From Methanobacteriota archaeon (lineage in GTDB: Archaea; Halobacteriota; Bog-38; Methanoflorentales; Methanoflorentaceae): a stretch of DNA of 64,000 nt. The stretch spans positions 768,001 through 832,000 of the forward strand of contig OY970393.1 in the NCBI GenBank assembly GCA_963720465.1, written 5' to 3'. Each line of letters opens with the position of its first letter. The first letter of the stretch is position 1. This document shows positions 11,198-22,773 of the stretch, piece by piece. Below the pieces are notes generated by a model. It saw only the letters and a program-made list of their open reading frames with translations. It did no database searches and was not told the origin of the DNA. A program made the translations under genes and the position numbers.

Positions 11198-11718
11198 TCA
11201 GAGGACCCTAGACGCGAACGGGATCTTCAGAACCAGATAGGCTGCCGCAAAACAGAGCGGAACCGTGATCACCGCTGCCAGACCGAACTTGAGCAGGTGC
11301 TCGAGAGAGAGTCCCATCAGCGCAACGGCAACGAATACGATGATTGGGGCCTGGATGACATAGACGGTGTAGGAGTGTCGCTGTAGGAATCGGGTGAAGC
11401 TGCCCGACCAGTTGAACCGGTCACGGAAGAGCGTGACCAGTCCGAGGGTCATTCCCACCGCAACGGTCGAATCCCACAGCGCATAGACCGCAGACTGCCA
11501 GGACCCGTAGCCTGTACATTTATGACGCCTCCGCTGATCGCAATGGGAAAGACAATGATCGTCGCGACCAGCACGGCGAGCGCCAGTGGGTCGTTGAGGG
11601 TCGGCTCCACGTAATAGAAGGCCCCCGCCGCAGTGTAAACGATTGCCAGGTGGTGCAGCACCACCAGCGTGATCAGCCAGGTCCGCAGGTTGTCGGCGAA
11701 ATAGAGGCGACCGGACAA
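11198..11718 (-). pseudogene. acyltransferase family 3 (OpgC/MdoC-like), internally deleted and frameshifted
   Basis: N-terminal RLYFADNLR..LVVLHH joined to C-terminal HSYTVYVIQAP; high GC. Confidence 0.8.
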
Positions 11719-11748
11719 GTTTCTTGGCGGAGGAGGTGTTTCTGCCGC

Positions 11749-12081
11749 TTAAGGCCGCGGGGGCTTGAGCGATTCGTACAAATTGTCGAAATATACTTTT
11801 AGTTCTTCGATCATCGGTTCTAATTTTTCAATAAAAGCCGTTCCCCCCAGCCGTGTTATTTCGTGTTCAGCCTCGCCGATATCTTGATCTAGCTGCGTGA
11901 CTAGGTTTAACGCCTCATCACGTAAGGCGACCGCATCGGTAAGCATAGCCATTGCTTTTCGTATGACGTCTTCTGCCTCGGTCGTAGAAAGCGACTCGTA
12001 CCGCTTCATCCACCACGCGATATCGTCTTTATGCCGGTACTTTGCGCCGGCTACGCCCCCGCGCAGAGATGGCATCTTCAT
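11749..12081 (-). CDS. hypothetical helical protein
   Basis: 110-aa ATG ORF with coiled-coil-like composition. Confidence 0.6.
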   Translation of the reverse strand: MKMPSLRGGVAGAKYRHKDDIAWWMKRYESLSTTEAEDVIRKAMAMLTDAVALRDEALNLVTQLDQDIGEAEHEITRLGGTAFIEKLEPMIEELKVYFDNLYESLKPPRP

Positions 12082-12155
12082 CTATTCCACCTTGTCTTGC
12101 AACATCGGCTCATCCGCCTGTTACGAGGACCCTAGAACGGTATGTCGATTGACGT

Positions 12156-12695
12156 CTACAGTATTACCGGCGTGATATTGACGTCAGTCGTAACAAAGCT
12201 GTATTCCAACTCAGAAACCGGCCGCCCAAAGAACGCAGCCGGAAAGTCCTGCGTTAAAAGCGCATTGTGTATTTCGACATCGTAATATCGGCCGTATTTA
12301 GTGTGTGCGAAAGTGCCCTTTATGGCCACGCAGGGTAAAGAGAAGTCGCTAAGCTGACGTAAAGTGAATTTTTCATAGAGCATAGCATGTAGTTCTTCCG
12401 GACCGGGATCCCATTTACTATAACTAGCAGGGCCTATCGTCTCTTTTGGATCAAGTATAACAGAGAAATCCCCTTCGACAAAAACTCGCAGCAGTTCGAT
12501 CTTCGCTTTGTTATCCGGACTATCGTCAAATACATATGTTTTAATAACCTTAAAAGACGCCTTTTCTAGTTGTGGATAATGACCATCGCTAGTTTTAATA
12601 ATCAACTCCGTGGTCTTATGCTTCTGGTCTTTCACTAGAGTATATTCGTCTTGAACAACGTAACTTCCACTTTCGGGTGCATACAATTCGTACAT
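12156..12695 (-). CDS. hypothetical protein
   Basis: 179-aa ORF with GGTGA RBS. Confidence 0.65.
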   Translation of the reverse strand: MYELYAPESGSYVVQDEYTLVKDQKHKTTELIIKTSDGHYPQLEKASFKVIKTYVFDDSPDNKAKIELLRVFVEGDFSVILDPKETIGPASYSKWDPGPEELHAMLYEKFTLRQLSDFSLPCVAIKGTFAHTKYGRYYDVEIHNALLTQDFPAAFFGRPVSELEYSFVTTDVNITPVIL

Positions 12696-13043
12696 ATTCT
12701 CACCAGCGATGTTAATGCGCAGTCATGTGTCTGATTAGAACGAAGAATGTTTTGCTCAGAAAGGACAGCAGATATAGAATGCAATATGTGCGCCAGTTTC
12801 GTCTCACGACTCTGTCTCGACAAGCACGTACAAACGCGCTAGCGTTGTTGTTTTTGCTCATTCCGGCAGTTGAAAAAGCAGAGAAATCAAATTTAAACGT
12901 TTGCTGGCATTTTTGCTTATAGCCACCTTTGCAGCGCTTGTGCTGTGCCCCGATTAACGGCATTATGGAAGATTAAATAACTTGGAACACAAGAACTAGT
13001 TACAGCGACGCTGAGATTGTAAAGCAAAGGAGTAATTTTTGAT

Positions 13044-14201
13044 ATGTCTCCGTCTTCTACCGATGATAATGAAAAATTGAGCGATGAAAAATCAAAGAGA
13101 TATGTTCGTCCAATAAACGAGTTATGGGCAATGTGGGGCCCTAGAGTCAGAATGAGGATTTACCCCTTCACTTATGCGGTATACGAAGATGTGGAACGGG
13201 TGATGACTAGTCTCACGACTTATGACAGAGACAAGTGGGCAGCCGCGTGGAGCTCGATAGCCAAACCATATGAAGAAAAAGCAGCCCAAGCGGACAAAAC
13301 AGGCGATGCCCAAAACGCGAAAGAAAACTATCTCCGAGCCTACCAATACTACAGACTTGCTCGGTACCCAACTATTAATTCGGACGGAAAAAAGCAAGCC
13401 TACAGGAAGTCACAGGAGATGCTCTTTAAGGCTTCGCAATTCTTTGACATTCCACTGGAACGCGTTGAAATACCATTCATCGGAAAAACGGGGGAAGGCA
13501 ACAAGATTGTTGCTTATTTGCGATTGCCAAAAAAGGGCTCGGCGCCTTTTCCCGTGCTTGTAAGCTGGGGTGGAATCGACGGTTTCAAGGAAGAACAGCT
13601 AAATGACCCTGCTCTGGAGCATGGCCTAGCCACTTGTGCAATTGATGGGCCTGGAGTTGGTGACTCGCCACTCAAAGGCTCAGAGGATGCGGAAAGACTA
13701 TTCGGAGCAGTCTTCGACTGGATTGCGACGAATGAGACCTTGGACTCTCATCGGATTGGAGTCTGGGGTTATAGTACTGGCGGTTATTGGGCAGTGAAGG
13801 TTGCCCATATTTACAAAGACAAAATAGCCTGCGCTGTAAGTCAGGGTGGACCCGTCCACTATGCTTTCGAGCTGGACTGGATCCATAAGCAAGACACAGG
13901 AGAATACCCTTTTGAATTCTTCGAAACTATCACTTACGCCTTCGGATTGCCCGGTTACAAGGAATGGGTAGAATACGCACCTAAGCTCTCTCTGCTTAAA
14001 CAAGGCATCTTAGACAAGCCAAGTGCACCCCTATTACTTATCAACGGAATACACGATTCAGTGTTTCCAATCAAAGACTATTACTTGCTCCTTGAACATG
14101 GCAGTCCAAAATGCGCTAGATTTTATGAAGCTGGACACATGGGATTCACCCGCGACACGTTTGACACTATTATGAACTGGATGTACGAAAAGTTAGGCTG
14201 A
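13044..14201 (+). CDS. alpha/beta hydrolase (FrsA/DUF1100-like esterase)
   Basis: GGIDGFKEE, IDGPGVG, nucleophile GYSTG, NGIHD, GHMG; AAGGAG RBS. Confidence 0.9.
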   Translation: MSPSSTDDNEKLSDEKSKRYVRPINELWAMWGPRVRMRIYPFTYAVYEDVERVMTSLTTYDRDKWAAAWSSIAKPYEEKAAQADKTGDAQNAKENYLRAYQYYRLARYPTINSDGKKQAYRKSQEMLFKASQFFDIPLERVEIPFIGKTGEGNKIVAYLRLPKKGSAPFPVLVSWGGIDGFKEEQLNDPALEHGLATCAIDGPGVGDSPLKGSEDAERLFGAVFDWIATNETLDSHRIGVWGYSTGGYWAVKVAHIYKDKIACAVSQGGPVHYAFELDWIHKQDTGEYPFEFFETITYAFGLPGYKEWVEYAPKLSLLKQGILDKPSAPLLLINGIHDSVFPIKDYYLLLEHGSPKCARFYEAGHMGFTRDTFDTIMNWMYEKLG

Positions 14202-14324
14202 AAAATGGCGCTGAAATGCTGGGCTCATTGTTGACTTTTATTCAGTCGCTAATAATAACAAAAACGGGAAGCTAGCTGCAGCCGCAGCAGGAATGAAAGA
14301 AGACATTAAGGAGGGAAATAGTAA

Positions 14325-14450
14325 ATGCCACATCCACTTTTGGCAGCACTGAGAATTACCGTAAGCATCGTCGTAGTCGTTGTACTGATCTGGGGGGCCT
14401 ACACGCTGACGCAGATACGCAAAACTCTTGAGCAGCTTCGGAAGCCGTAG
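14325..14450 (+). CDS. small membrane protein (41 aa)
   Basis: MPHPLLAALRITVSIVVVVVLIWGAYTLTQIRKTLEQLRKP*; AAGGAGG RBS. Confidence 0.55.
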   Translation: MPHPLLAALRITVSIVVVVVLIWGAYTLTQIRKTLEQLRKP

Positions 14451-15159
14451 CTGCCTTGCATGATTTTTTTGAGCGGTTCTACTGTCTCCCCGATTGAATT
14501 CCAAGTCTCTCCAATATCGCATATACACGTCATACACGTGCTGGGGGAGCGGATGCAGATTATTACTCCACTGAACTCCCGCAGCTGTGGTGAAACACAC
14601 GATCGATTCGACTTATTCTTCTGATCACCCAGCGCTGCACGGCAATTTTGATTGCAGAGTAGGATCTTTGCACTCCCCGTGTGGCAAATCTATTCTGCAA
14701 GAAGTTCTAGGCGCAAAATACCAGCTTATTTTACATTGTGCTGCGTTAGATAGCTAGATATGCGTTATTATCTAAAAATAGCGAACCTAGTAGGCGCTAA
14801 GGTGCGCAACGCTCACATTGTAAATCTTGTCCTCGCGCCTTGCAGCCAGTTGAATGCTAGACAGCGAAGCCTTTGTAAGGCGACTGACAAGAAATGCATA
14901 GGTAACCCTTATCGATAGATAGAACAGCAGGTTTACTTTTCTTTTTGCTTAGCTCCTGATCTTATTATTTTTTTGATTTTGACGGCTTATAGGCCTTCTA
15001 TCGAGGTAATATAGCTGAGCCCTCCAACAGCTCTAAATTTAAAAATAAACGATAAAAGAGCTGATAGAAAGAATAACTAGAAAACGCTGCAGTATGTTGA
15101 AACCTATACCTAAAGAAAAAAAAAGAAAGAGATTTTATGTATTCAAGGTTATGACTGAA

Positions 15160-15318
15160 TTATCGTGTGAATAAGGCAGCAATTCCACCTAAGAACAATA
15201 TGATAATTGCGAGCCAAGCTAGCCAAATTACCAAAAATGGAAACAGCGCTAAGATGATTGCGAGTATAACAGCAAGTAGTATCATCCCACCGCCACTCAG
15301 TTGTCTTCTCTCAGCCAT
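15160..15318 (-). CDS. small hairpin membrane protein (52 aa)
   Basis: MAERRQLSGGGMILLAVILAIILALFPFLVIWLAWLAIIILFLGGIAALFTR*; GGAGGTGA RBS and TATA box upstream. Confidence 0.75.
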   Translation of the reverse strand: MAERRQLSGGGMILLAVILAIILALFPFLVIWLAWLAIIILFLGGIAALFTR

Positions 15319-15676
15319 GATTTTCACCTCCCTGCTGAATTTTAGTTAGAGCTTTATATTTATCTGTTTCTTTATTGAGTGGAAAACACTGAATTTACGA
15401 GTTTCTTTCGGGTTCAGACGTTCGCCGCAATGCGGGTAGCCGAATTTGAAGGTAAATCTTGCATTTTTGTCGAAAGCCGACCAATTTTAGCCGTTCTATG
15501 CACCGAAAGCGATTAGGGCAACTCCTATAATAACAAATAGGGATATGAACTCCTTCATTTTTCTTCCATCATGTTTCTATTCTTTATTACTATTATAGCA
15601 ATTGTAGGCGCCATTGTATGCTCCAAGGGACGACAAAATGTGCAGCAAAAGAAAAAGAAAAGGGGCCAAAGCCCCT

Positions 15677-16192
15677 TCACGCGGTCACTACGACGGTGTG
15701 CGCTGCGCGGTCTCCTATCCGCTGTCTCGTATCCGACGTCCATATAAGAATTGCACCGAGCAAGAACGGAATAACGTACGGTATTGCGTCGATGATCAGC
15801 AGTAAGGAACGCACAAGTGCATCAACATAGCCAATCTTTGAGCCATCCTCTTTGACCACTTTTATCTTCATGGCCATCATGCCCACCGTCTGTCCATACG
15901 CTCCCAAGAGGAGAGTGAAATAGATGAGCACAACGAGTGCTGATATGGTGCTGCCGAGTCCTGCGAGCGAATTTGCTGTGCTGGATACGTGAAAGGTTCC
16001 ATTGGCAAAACTCGCGCTATTGAAGACGGGCGTTTGCAAAGGACTGGCGAAAACTGCCGCAATAATGCCTGCAATAATGACATCAATAAGAAGAGCTACG
16101 AATCTGACACCGACGCTACGGTACTGCAGCGGGGCTGGGGCCATTTCAGGGGCTGGGGCCATTTCAGGGGCTGGGGTCATTTCATTTGCCAT
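15677..16192 (-). CDS. RDD family membrane protein
   Basis: RFVALLID, GQTVGM..IKVV, QRIGDRAAHTVVV; GGAGGTGA RBS before ATG 16192. Confidence 0.92.
   Translation of the reverse strand: MANEMTPAPEMAPAPEMAPAPLQYRSVGVRFVALLIDVIIAGIIAAVFASPLQTPVFNSASFANGTFHVSSTANSLAGLGSTISALVVLIYFTLLLGAYGQTVGMMAMKIKVVKEDGSKIGYVDALVRSLLLIIDAIPYVIPFLLGAILIWTSDTRQRIGDRAAHTVVVTA
16131..16184. repeat. 18-bp tandem repeat x3 (EMAPAP) in the RDD N-terminus
   Basis: GGGGCTGGGGYCATTTCA three times. Confidence 0.95.
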
Positions 16193-17500
16193 TCGTTCAC
16201 CTCCTTTGTGGCTGTCGCCTAGTTGTGTGTCTTTAGGTAAAAACATATGGATCGGATAGAAGCACCCGTCGCTACTTGTTGCACGACGCGCGATGCTGCA
16301 CCATGCTGTAAAAAGGCAGTGGGCGCCAACGTGATGGTCAATCCGACCTTACCCGAGCGAATTTTTCCAATTGCTATACATCGCTGTTGTGCCTGTGTTT
16401 ATGATCGTCGCCCACTGAGCGCGCTATGCGACAGAAACCCAAGGCTGAACCCAATCATGGCGGCCCAACTGAGTGCGAGGGGGTCGCCGCACTGCCAAAC
16501 AAGCCGAGATTAAACCCATCAACGACATAGGTAATCGGCGAAAAATAGACGGCGATCCGTGCAAACCCCAGCCCTGATTGTCAAAAAATGGAAGCCAGAA
16601 CAGCTGCCTTAAGTTTCAGTTATGCACCAGCCCTAATTCTTTCAGCGACTTTCGCTCGTCCTGATGGGCGATAAGCACGATATTTTAGGCTCTCGCCCGA
16701 TCCGGTGCACGACATAAGAATCATCAAACTCAACAAGCTTATCGCCAGTCTTGCGGAACGTCGCTCCCGCGAACCGTAACAAGTGAATAGTGGTTGCTTA
16801 TCTGTGTTTCCTCTAATGACGCAATCTTCAATGATGTCTGCCTGATGCTCTTATAAAACCCGCTTGCTTGGCGCGTTCCCTTTGACCAATAGCAAGCGCA
16901 GAGAAGATATATCCATTTTTAGATTTCCTTTGATGCAGAGCCTCTTTTTTGGCCTATTGCTTCAAGGAAGTCGATCGCACAAAAGCCGGTTACATCTATC
17001 CAATGACAAGATTGCCGTGCATTAGCAGCGCTCAAACCGAAACATAACGTTCCTTGCGTGGGGGGTCTTCCTTCGTTTTTTTTTAAGTGTTTGACTTGAC
17101 CTTAAGCTGTCATCGGCCACTATGAGGGCTCACTCCCACCGTAATTATTAAATAGAATGATTAATAATGACAGAATCACTATGATGAACAACCTTCTAAC
17201 GATTTCAGAGAAGGCAACCCAAACGGCAAACCTGTTTGGCATAGACTCAGAGAGAAGATCGCGGCTATCCGCTGCACTAGCCATTACCGTGTGCCTAGGC
17301 AGTATCTGTTCGTGGAGCCTCATCCGGGCACCGCGTCAGAAGCTTTTTTCGATAGATGCGGCAGCACGTTCATTAGCGTTCATCGTATTTCTACGGTCTT
17401 TGCCATTCTAAAGCCGCTTGCTGAACGGCCCTTGGCAAATGACAGTTGCTGCATTTGAGTGGATACACACGTGACTAAAAAAATTCAGGAGAGTAAACGT

Positions 17501-18097
17501 ATGACAAACGAATCAGAAGAGATCGACGTCACCCATGTGAGGAACCTGGACGTGACCGCAAACCCAGCGGCGCTCGGGCTGACGGCCTTCGGGATGACGA
17601 CCGTCCTTTTGAACTTAAGCAATGCGGGGTACTTTGCGCTCGGTTCGATGATCCTCGCGATGGGGATCTTCTACGGAGGCCTCGCCCAGATTATTGCCGG
17701 GATCATGGAGTGGAAGAAGAACAACACGTTCGGGATGACCGCATTCCTGTCTTTCGGGTTTTTCTGGGAGACTCTTGTCGCCCTTCTGATCCTTCCGAAA
17801 CTAGGGCTCGCGGATGCGGCAAGCGCGAATGCGTTGGCGGCATATTTTGTGATGTGGGGGATCTTTACGCTCGTCATGTTCATCGGGTCGCTCAAAGCAA
17901 ACCGGGCATTGCAGGTTGTCCTTGGCTTACTTACCGTTCTGTTCTTCCTACTGGCAATCGGTGAGATGACAGGGAACGCCAACATAGTCACGATTGCCGG
18001 CTATGAAGGGATCCTCACCGGTTTCGTGGCAATCTATGCCGGCCTCGCGCAGGTATTAAACGAGATGTACAAGAGGACCGTTGCTCCGCTGGGGTGA
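17501..18097 (+). CDS. satP: acetate uptake transporter (GPR1/FUN34/YaaH family)
   Basis: [28 protein letters not shown]; immediately upstream of acs. Confidence 0.92.
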   Translation: MTNESEEIDVTHVRNLDVTANPAALGLTAFGMTTVLLNLSNAGYFALGSMILAMGIFYGGLAQIIAGIMEWKKNNTFGMTAFLSFGFFWETLVALLILPKLGLADAASANALAAYFVMWGIFTLVMFIGSLKANRALQVVLGLLTVLFFLLAIGEMTGNANIVTIAGYEGILTGFVAIYAGLAQVLNEMYKRTVAPLG

Positions 18098-18104
18098 ATA
18101 GAAC

Positions 18105-18140
18105 TCCCTGCATCACTCGCAGGGATTCTCTTTTTATTTT
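18105..18140 (+). terminator. hairpin plus T-tract after satP
   Basis: TCCCTGC-atcactc-GCAGGGA followed by TTCTCTTTTTTATTTT. Confidence 0.5.
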
Positions 18141-18228
18141 CTGAAAACCGGTGCTTTTGCGCAGATGAATATTTTGCTGGAACGAAGCAAATAATCGATT
18201 TTACGAGAACCAACAAAGGAGTGGCATT

Positions 18229-20175
18229 ATGGAGGCAGAAGGAGATAAACACCAAAAAATGAAAAGCGAACGGCAGGAGGACGTCTCAGTTCTCCTTAAA
18301 GAAGAGCGTCTCTTCACTCCGCGGAAGGAAGTGACCGATCTCGCGCACGTGCAAGACTGGGATACCGAGCTCGCTGCAGGGGAGGACATCGAAGCGTACT
18401 GGGCTGAAAAGGCACAGCAGTTCGAATGGTTTGCGCCGTGGACACAGACTCTGGACACGAGTGGGGCACCATTTTACAAATGGTTTGTCGGCGGCAAAAC
18501 GAACATCGCGTACAACGCTGTCGACCGCCATGTCCGGACTGATAAACGATACAAGCTCGCCATCCTCTACGTCAACGAGCGCGGCGACGAGCGGAAGGTC
18601 ACCTACTATGAGCTGTATCGGGAGGTCAACAAGGCAGCAAACGCGCTCAAAAAACTGGGAGTGAAAAAAGGGGATCGCGTTGCGCTCTACCTACCGCCGT
18701 GCGTTGAATCGGTCGTTTCCATGCTTGCCTGCGCGAAGATTGGGGCCGTGCATAACGTCGTGTATGCCGGGTTCAGCGTGCACGCCTTAGCAGAGCGAAT
18801 TAACGACGCGAAGGCAAAGGTGCTGATAACGGCGGACGGAACGTTCAGGCGGGGGCAGGTGATCGACCTGAAACAGGTCTCAGACGAGGCGGTCAGCAGC
18901 TGTCCGAGCATCGAGACGACGATCGTCGTAAAGCACGCGGGGAATCCGGTAACGATGTCAGACCTTAGCGGAAAAGAGGTGTTTTTCCACACCCTGGTCG
19001 AGGGCGAACCGGCCGAATGTCGGGTCGAGTCCATGGACGCTGAAGACATCCTTTACATCCTGTACACCTCGGGCAGCACAGGGAAGCCAAAGGGCGTCGT
19101 GCACACCACAGGCGGCTACATGGTCGAGACCGCGACTTCGCTCAAAGACGTCTTTGATATCCACGACGATGACCTGTGGTGGTGCACGGCGGACATCGGG
19201 TGGGTCACGGGACACAGCTACGTCGTGTACGCACCGCTGCTCCTGGGGACCACAACGCTCGTCTACGAGGGCGCCCCCGACTACCCGCAACCTGACGCAT
19301 TCTGGAGCATCGTCGAACGGTACGGGGTCACGAAGTTCTACACCGCCCCGACGGCGATTCGGCACTTGATGCGGTTTGGCGACAAGTGGCCCCAGTGTCG
19401 TGACTTGCGATCACTCAGAATACTCGGCACCGTCGGCGAGCCAATCAACCCGGAGGCGTGGATGTGGTACTACACGCACGTCGGTAATGAGCGCTGCCCG
19501 ATCATGGACACGTGGTGGCAAACCGAAACGGGAAGCTTTATGATATCCCCCTTGCCGACGGCTCCGCTGAAACCTGGATCGGCGACCAAGCCACTACCGG
19601 GGATCCGCGCAGACGTGGTCGATAAGGACGGGAAACCGGTGCCTCCCGGGAAGGGTGGATTTCTCATCATAACCACGCCGTGGCCTTCGATGCTCAGGAC
19701 GCTCTACAAGGATCCTGAACGGTACGTGAAAACGTCCTGGGAAGTGATTCCCGGTGGCGCGTACTGTCCCGGGGACATTGCACGAAAGGACAAGGACGGG
19801 TACCTCTGGATTCAAGGGAGGGCCGATGACGTGCTCAAGATCGCCGGCCATCGAATCGGAACGAGCGAGGTGGAATCTGCCTTCGTCAGCCATGCGACTG
19901 TGTCAGAGGCCGCGGTTATCGGGAAACCTGACCCGATACGAAACGAGGTTATTAAAGCGTTTCTCATCCTCAAAGAAGGACAATTGGGTGATGCGCACTT
20001 GATGGAGGAGCTTAAGAAACATGTGCGACACGAGTTAGGGCCGGTTGCCGTGGTCGGAGAAATCGTCTTCGTCCAAGCCCTTCCTAAGACGCGCAGCGGA
20101 AAGATCATGCGGAGGGTTCTCAAAGCACGAGAGCTTGGCATTGACGCCGGTGATGTGACTACGCTCGTGGAATGA
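18229..20175 (+). CDS. acs: acetate--CoA ligase (AMP-forming acetyl-CoA synthetase)
   Basis: [36 protein letters not shown]. Confidence 0.96.
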   Translation: MEAEGDKHQKMKSERQEDVSVLLKEERLFTPRKEVTDLAHVQDWDTELAAGEDIEAYWAEKAQQFEWFAPWTQTLDTSGAPFYKWFVGGKTNIAYNAVDRHVRTDKRYKLAILYVNERGDERKVTYYELYREVNKAANALKKLGVKKGDRVALYLPPCVESVVSMLACAKIGAVHNVVYAGFSVHALAERINDAKAKVLITADGTFRRGQVIDLKQVSDEAVSSCPSIETTIVVKHAGNPVTMSDLSGKEVFFHTLVEGEPAECRVESMDAEDILYILYTSGSTGKPKGVVHTTGGYMVETATSLKDVFDIHDDDLWWCTADIGWVTGHSYVVYAPLLLGTTTLVYEGAPDYPQPDAFWSIVERYGVTKFYTAPTAIRHLMRFGDKWPQCRDLRSLRILGTVGEPINPEAWMWYYTHVGNERCPIMDTWWQTETGSFMISPLPTAPLKPGSATKPLPGIRADVVDKDGKPVPPGKGGFLIITTPWPSMLRTLYKDPERYVKTSWEVIPGGAYCPGDIARKDKDGYLWIQGRADDVLKIAGHRIGTSEVESAFVSHATVSEAAVIGKPDPIRNEVIKAFLILKEGQLGDAHLMEELKKHVRHELGPVAVVGEIVFVQALPKTRSGKIMRRVLKARELGIDAGDVTTLVE

Positions 20176-20626
20176 GCTTCTGCCAGCTTTTTGCAGGATT
20201 AAACGGCCTTAAAGTTACGCCAAAAGGCAATTCGGTGACGTGAAAAAAGGGCATTTACTCCTCCGTTGATCGAAATTAGCTATCAAAAACGGCCATCTCC
20301 TGCGCATTCGGCTAAAAAGTGGCTGTCGCTTCACCGTGTCACTTGGAGATATCGCTCGTTGGTCATACGTTTCGCCTCAATCGCGCGGCTAGGTAAACCG
20401 TTTCCGACGCGGGCGGATCTACTTCCGGCATTAGTAACTCTTGTCTCGCGCAATGCCCGCCGTAGAAATGGCGCGTCATCACTTTGCTGTGATCTCTTTC
20501 GTTCCTCCTATACAGACCGCATCAAAAGCCGTTCTTAAAAAATCACAACAGTTTTTGGTTTCCTTAGCTCCGATAGGCAAATCAGAGATATCACAAATGG
20601 TAGGAGTAGAGAGCGCTTCTCAAACT

Positions 20627-22024
20627 CTATCGTTTTCTCATGAGAATGTATATTGCTCCCACTACAAGCGCTGGTATGCCTAAGCCTAGGAGCGAGAACT
20701 CACCGACGGGCTGGGGCGGCAAACTCGCCACGCTACTCGTCTGTGCGCTCGCCTGTTCTGTCGGCACTGCAATTCCAGGCACCGAGGCATTCGTCGTGTC
20801 AGTTGTCACGGGAGCAAGCTGTGTTGCCTGTGGACTTGGCGTTGAAGCTGCTGTTACGACAGTTGGCTTTGCGGTTGCTGTTACGACCGTTGGCTTTGCG
20901 GTTGCTTTTACGACCGTTGGCTTTGCGGTTGCTACGACCGTTGGCTTTGCGGTTGCTTTTACGACCGTTGGCTTTGCGGTTGCTACGACCGTTGGCTTTG
21001 CGGTTGCTGTTACGACCGTTGGCTTTGCGGTTGCTACGACCGTTGGCTTTGCGGTTGCTTTTACGACCGTCGACTTTGCGGTTGCTGTTACGACAGTTGG
21101 CTTTGTGGTGGGAGTCTTTGCAACGAGCTTCTGCGTTGGCGTGGGCGTCACCTTAGGTGCGGGTGTAGCAGTCGGCTTGATGGTCGGCGTCGCGGTTGTC
21201 CATGCCAGTTTATCGGTGTTCCAGCTTCCACCACTGCTAAAATCAACGATCGAATTGTATTGCCGGTATACAAAGAAGCCGCCGTTGAGCCAGGCAGTCT
21301 TGACTGATGCGATGCTGTTCCCGTCTGAAGCCGTATTTCCGAGGTTCGCGCCGCCTACTGCGTCGTTGTACCACGATCCGGTTCCGCTAAGCGCGCCGCC
21401 AGTCTCGTCCCAATGGGTTTGATGCACAGGGGCGTTTCCGTCCTCACCGATCCAGACCGTCGGATATGGTTCGTGTCCCGGCCCTGCACTGGTGTCCCAC
21501 GAAATTTGAACGTAATAATTGTGGCCTGCGCGGAGTACGGTATCAGTTGGGATGTACCACCGCGCCCCGCTGCCGCCGGTCGTGGCGCGGTAGATCGTCA
21601 GTTCGCTGTGGCTGGCGCCGTAGTTGGTGTCAATTTCAATCATGAAACCGCCATACGCTTTGTCCCAAATTTTCTGGAAGCGCTGGCCGGGTACTACTCC
21701 GGCGAAATGAAACCCTATCTCCCACGAAACGACGTTCTGGTTGTTGGTTGCGGTGCCCGCCGGGATGCCGATAAAATCATTTTGCCCGATGGTACCCCAA
21801 TATGGGTAGCCGTTTGATTGGGTCTGAAATAAGCTGGGGGTGCTGACGTACGCGTTATAGCTGGTTCCTGCCGTTCCCTGGTTGACCCACGTTGATCCCG
21901 CTTGGGGGACGTAATATATCGTGGGGCTAGGCTGTGCTGCCACTAGGGTGGTTGTAACGCCTGTAAATAATACAGTAATGAGGAGGGTGACTACACAAAT
22001 TGAAACGATATTGTGTGCGCGCAT
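20627..22024 (-). CDS. secreted surface protein: beta-sandwich (LamG-like) domain, Thr/Ala/Lys/Pro repeat stalk, C-terminal membrane anchor
   Basis: Signal peptide; Trp/Tyr/Gly-rich domain; TAKPTVV repeats; VGEF-TM-RKR tail resembling archaeosortase PEF-CTERM. Confidence 0.8.
   Translation of the reverse strand: MRAHNIVSICVVTLLITVLFTGVTTTLVAAQPSPTIYYVPQAGSTWVNQGTAGTSYNAYVSTPSLFQTQSNGYPYWGTIGQNDFIGIPAGTATNNQNVVSWEIGFHFAGVVPGQRFQKIWDKAYGGFMIEIDTNYGASHSELTIYRATTGGSGARWYIPTDTVLRAGHNYYVQISWDTSAGPGHEPYPTVWIGEDGNAPVHQTHWDETGGALSGTGSWYNDAVGGANLGNTASDGNSIASVKTAWLNGGFFVYRQYNSIVDFSSGGSWNTDKLAWTTATPTIKPTATPAPKVTPTPTQKLVAKTPTTKPTVVTATAKSTVVKATAKPTVVATAKPTVVTATAKPTVVATAKPTVVKATAKPTVVATAKPTVVKATAKPTVVTATAKPTVVTAASTPSPQATQLAPVTTDTTNASVPGIAVPTEQASAQTSSVASLPPQPVGEFSLLGLGIPALVVGAIYILMRKR
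20850..21105. repeat. 24/27-bp tandem repeats encoding (T/K)ATAKPTVV, about 10 copies
   Basis: Repeated ACGACCGTTGGCTTTGCGGTTGCT units. Confidence 0.95.
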
Positions 22025-22069
22025 AGGTTGCCTCGGAAAGACGTGTTTGACGTAAAATGTTGCTTAACG

Positions 22070-22310
22070 AAAAACGCGTTACAGAAGTATATAAAAGCTT
22101 TGGTTGTGCGTGACCATAAAAACGATGCTGCGGTGTTCAAATGGCCAAAAAATGGCTACGATCGAACGATTAAACTTCCGCCTGGTCGCCTTTCTGTGTT
22201 CCACCGCCCGCGTCGCAGCCGCTTAGCCGGTGCCTCTTCTTTCTTAGCGGGTTCTTCCTCTTCGGAGTGCTGCGCAGTCAGTCTTTGAAACGCAGCTAGC
22301 CGGTACGCGC
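22070..22310 (-). promoter_or_regulatory. duplicated promoter/upstream module, copy 1
   Basis: Minus-strand BRE-TATA CAACCAAAGCTTTTATAT; homologous to 54290-54505. Confidence 0.75.
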
Positions 22311-22773
22311 AAACCCGCCGTGAGAGCAACAATCCATACGGCAAGCGTTTCCAAGATGATTGCGCGCGTTGCTGTTCATTTGTTCTTAGTCGTCGAAGGC
22401 TAATCATAACGACTAAATGACAGTGTCGACTTTCCACGACTGGAGTTGAATCAAAATGGTGACCACCACGCCATACGGCGTTCATAAGAACCCTGCTCGG
22501 CACGAGGTTCAGCGCGGGACGATAAGTGCCACGACGCGAAAGCAGGATACGACTATCCGACGATTCGGCTTCCCTTCACGTTATCAGGGATTATTGGGTT
22601 GCAGACGCGTATCTACCAGACGGTTCACGAACAGGGCACTTGCGTCCCTTGTGGTTGTCTCGCCGACGTCAACAAGCACTGCAGATAAACACAATTCACG
22701 GGCCCAAAACGGGTTACTGCAAACGTCTTTAGAACCAGACGTTCTCTTCGGACCATAAAAAAGAGGTTGACTT

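Noticed and set aside
20640-21422. Long plus-strand ORFs (20640-21422, 20653-21156; also 9759-10406 and 28667-29383)
   Set aside because: Antisense shadows of well-supported genes or of repeat tracts.
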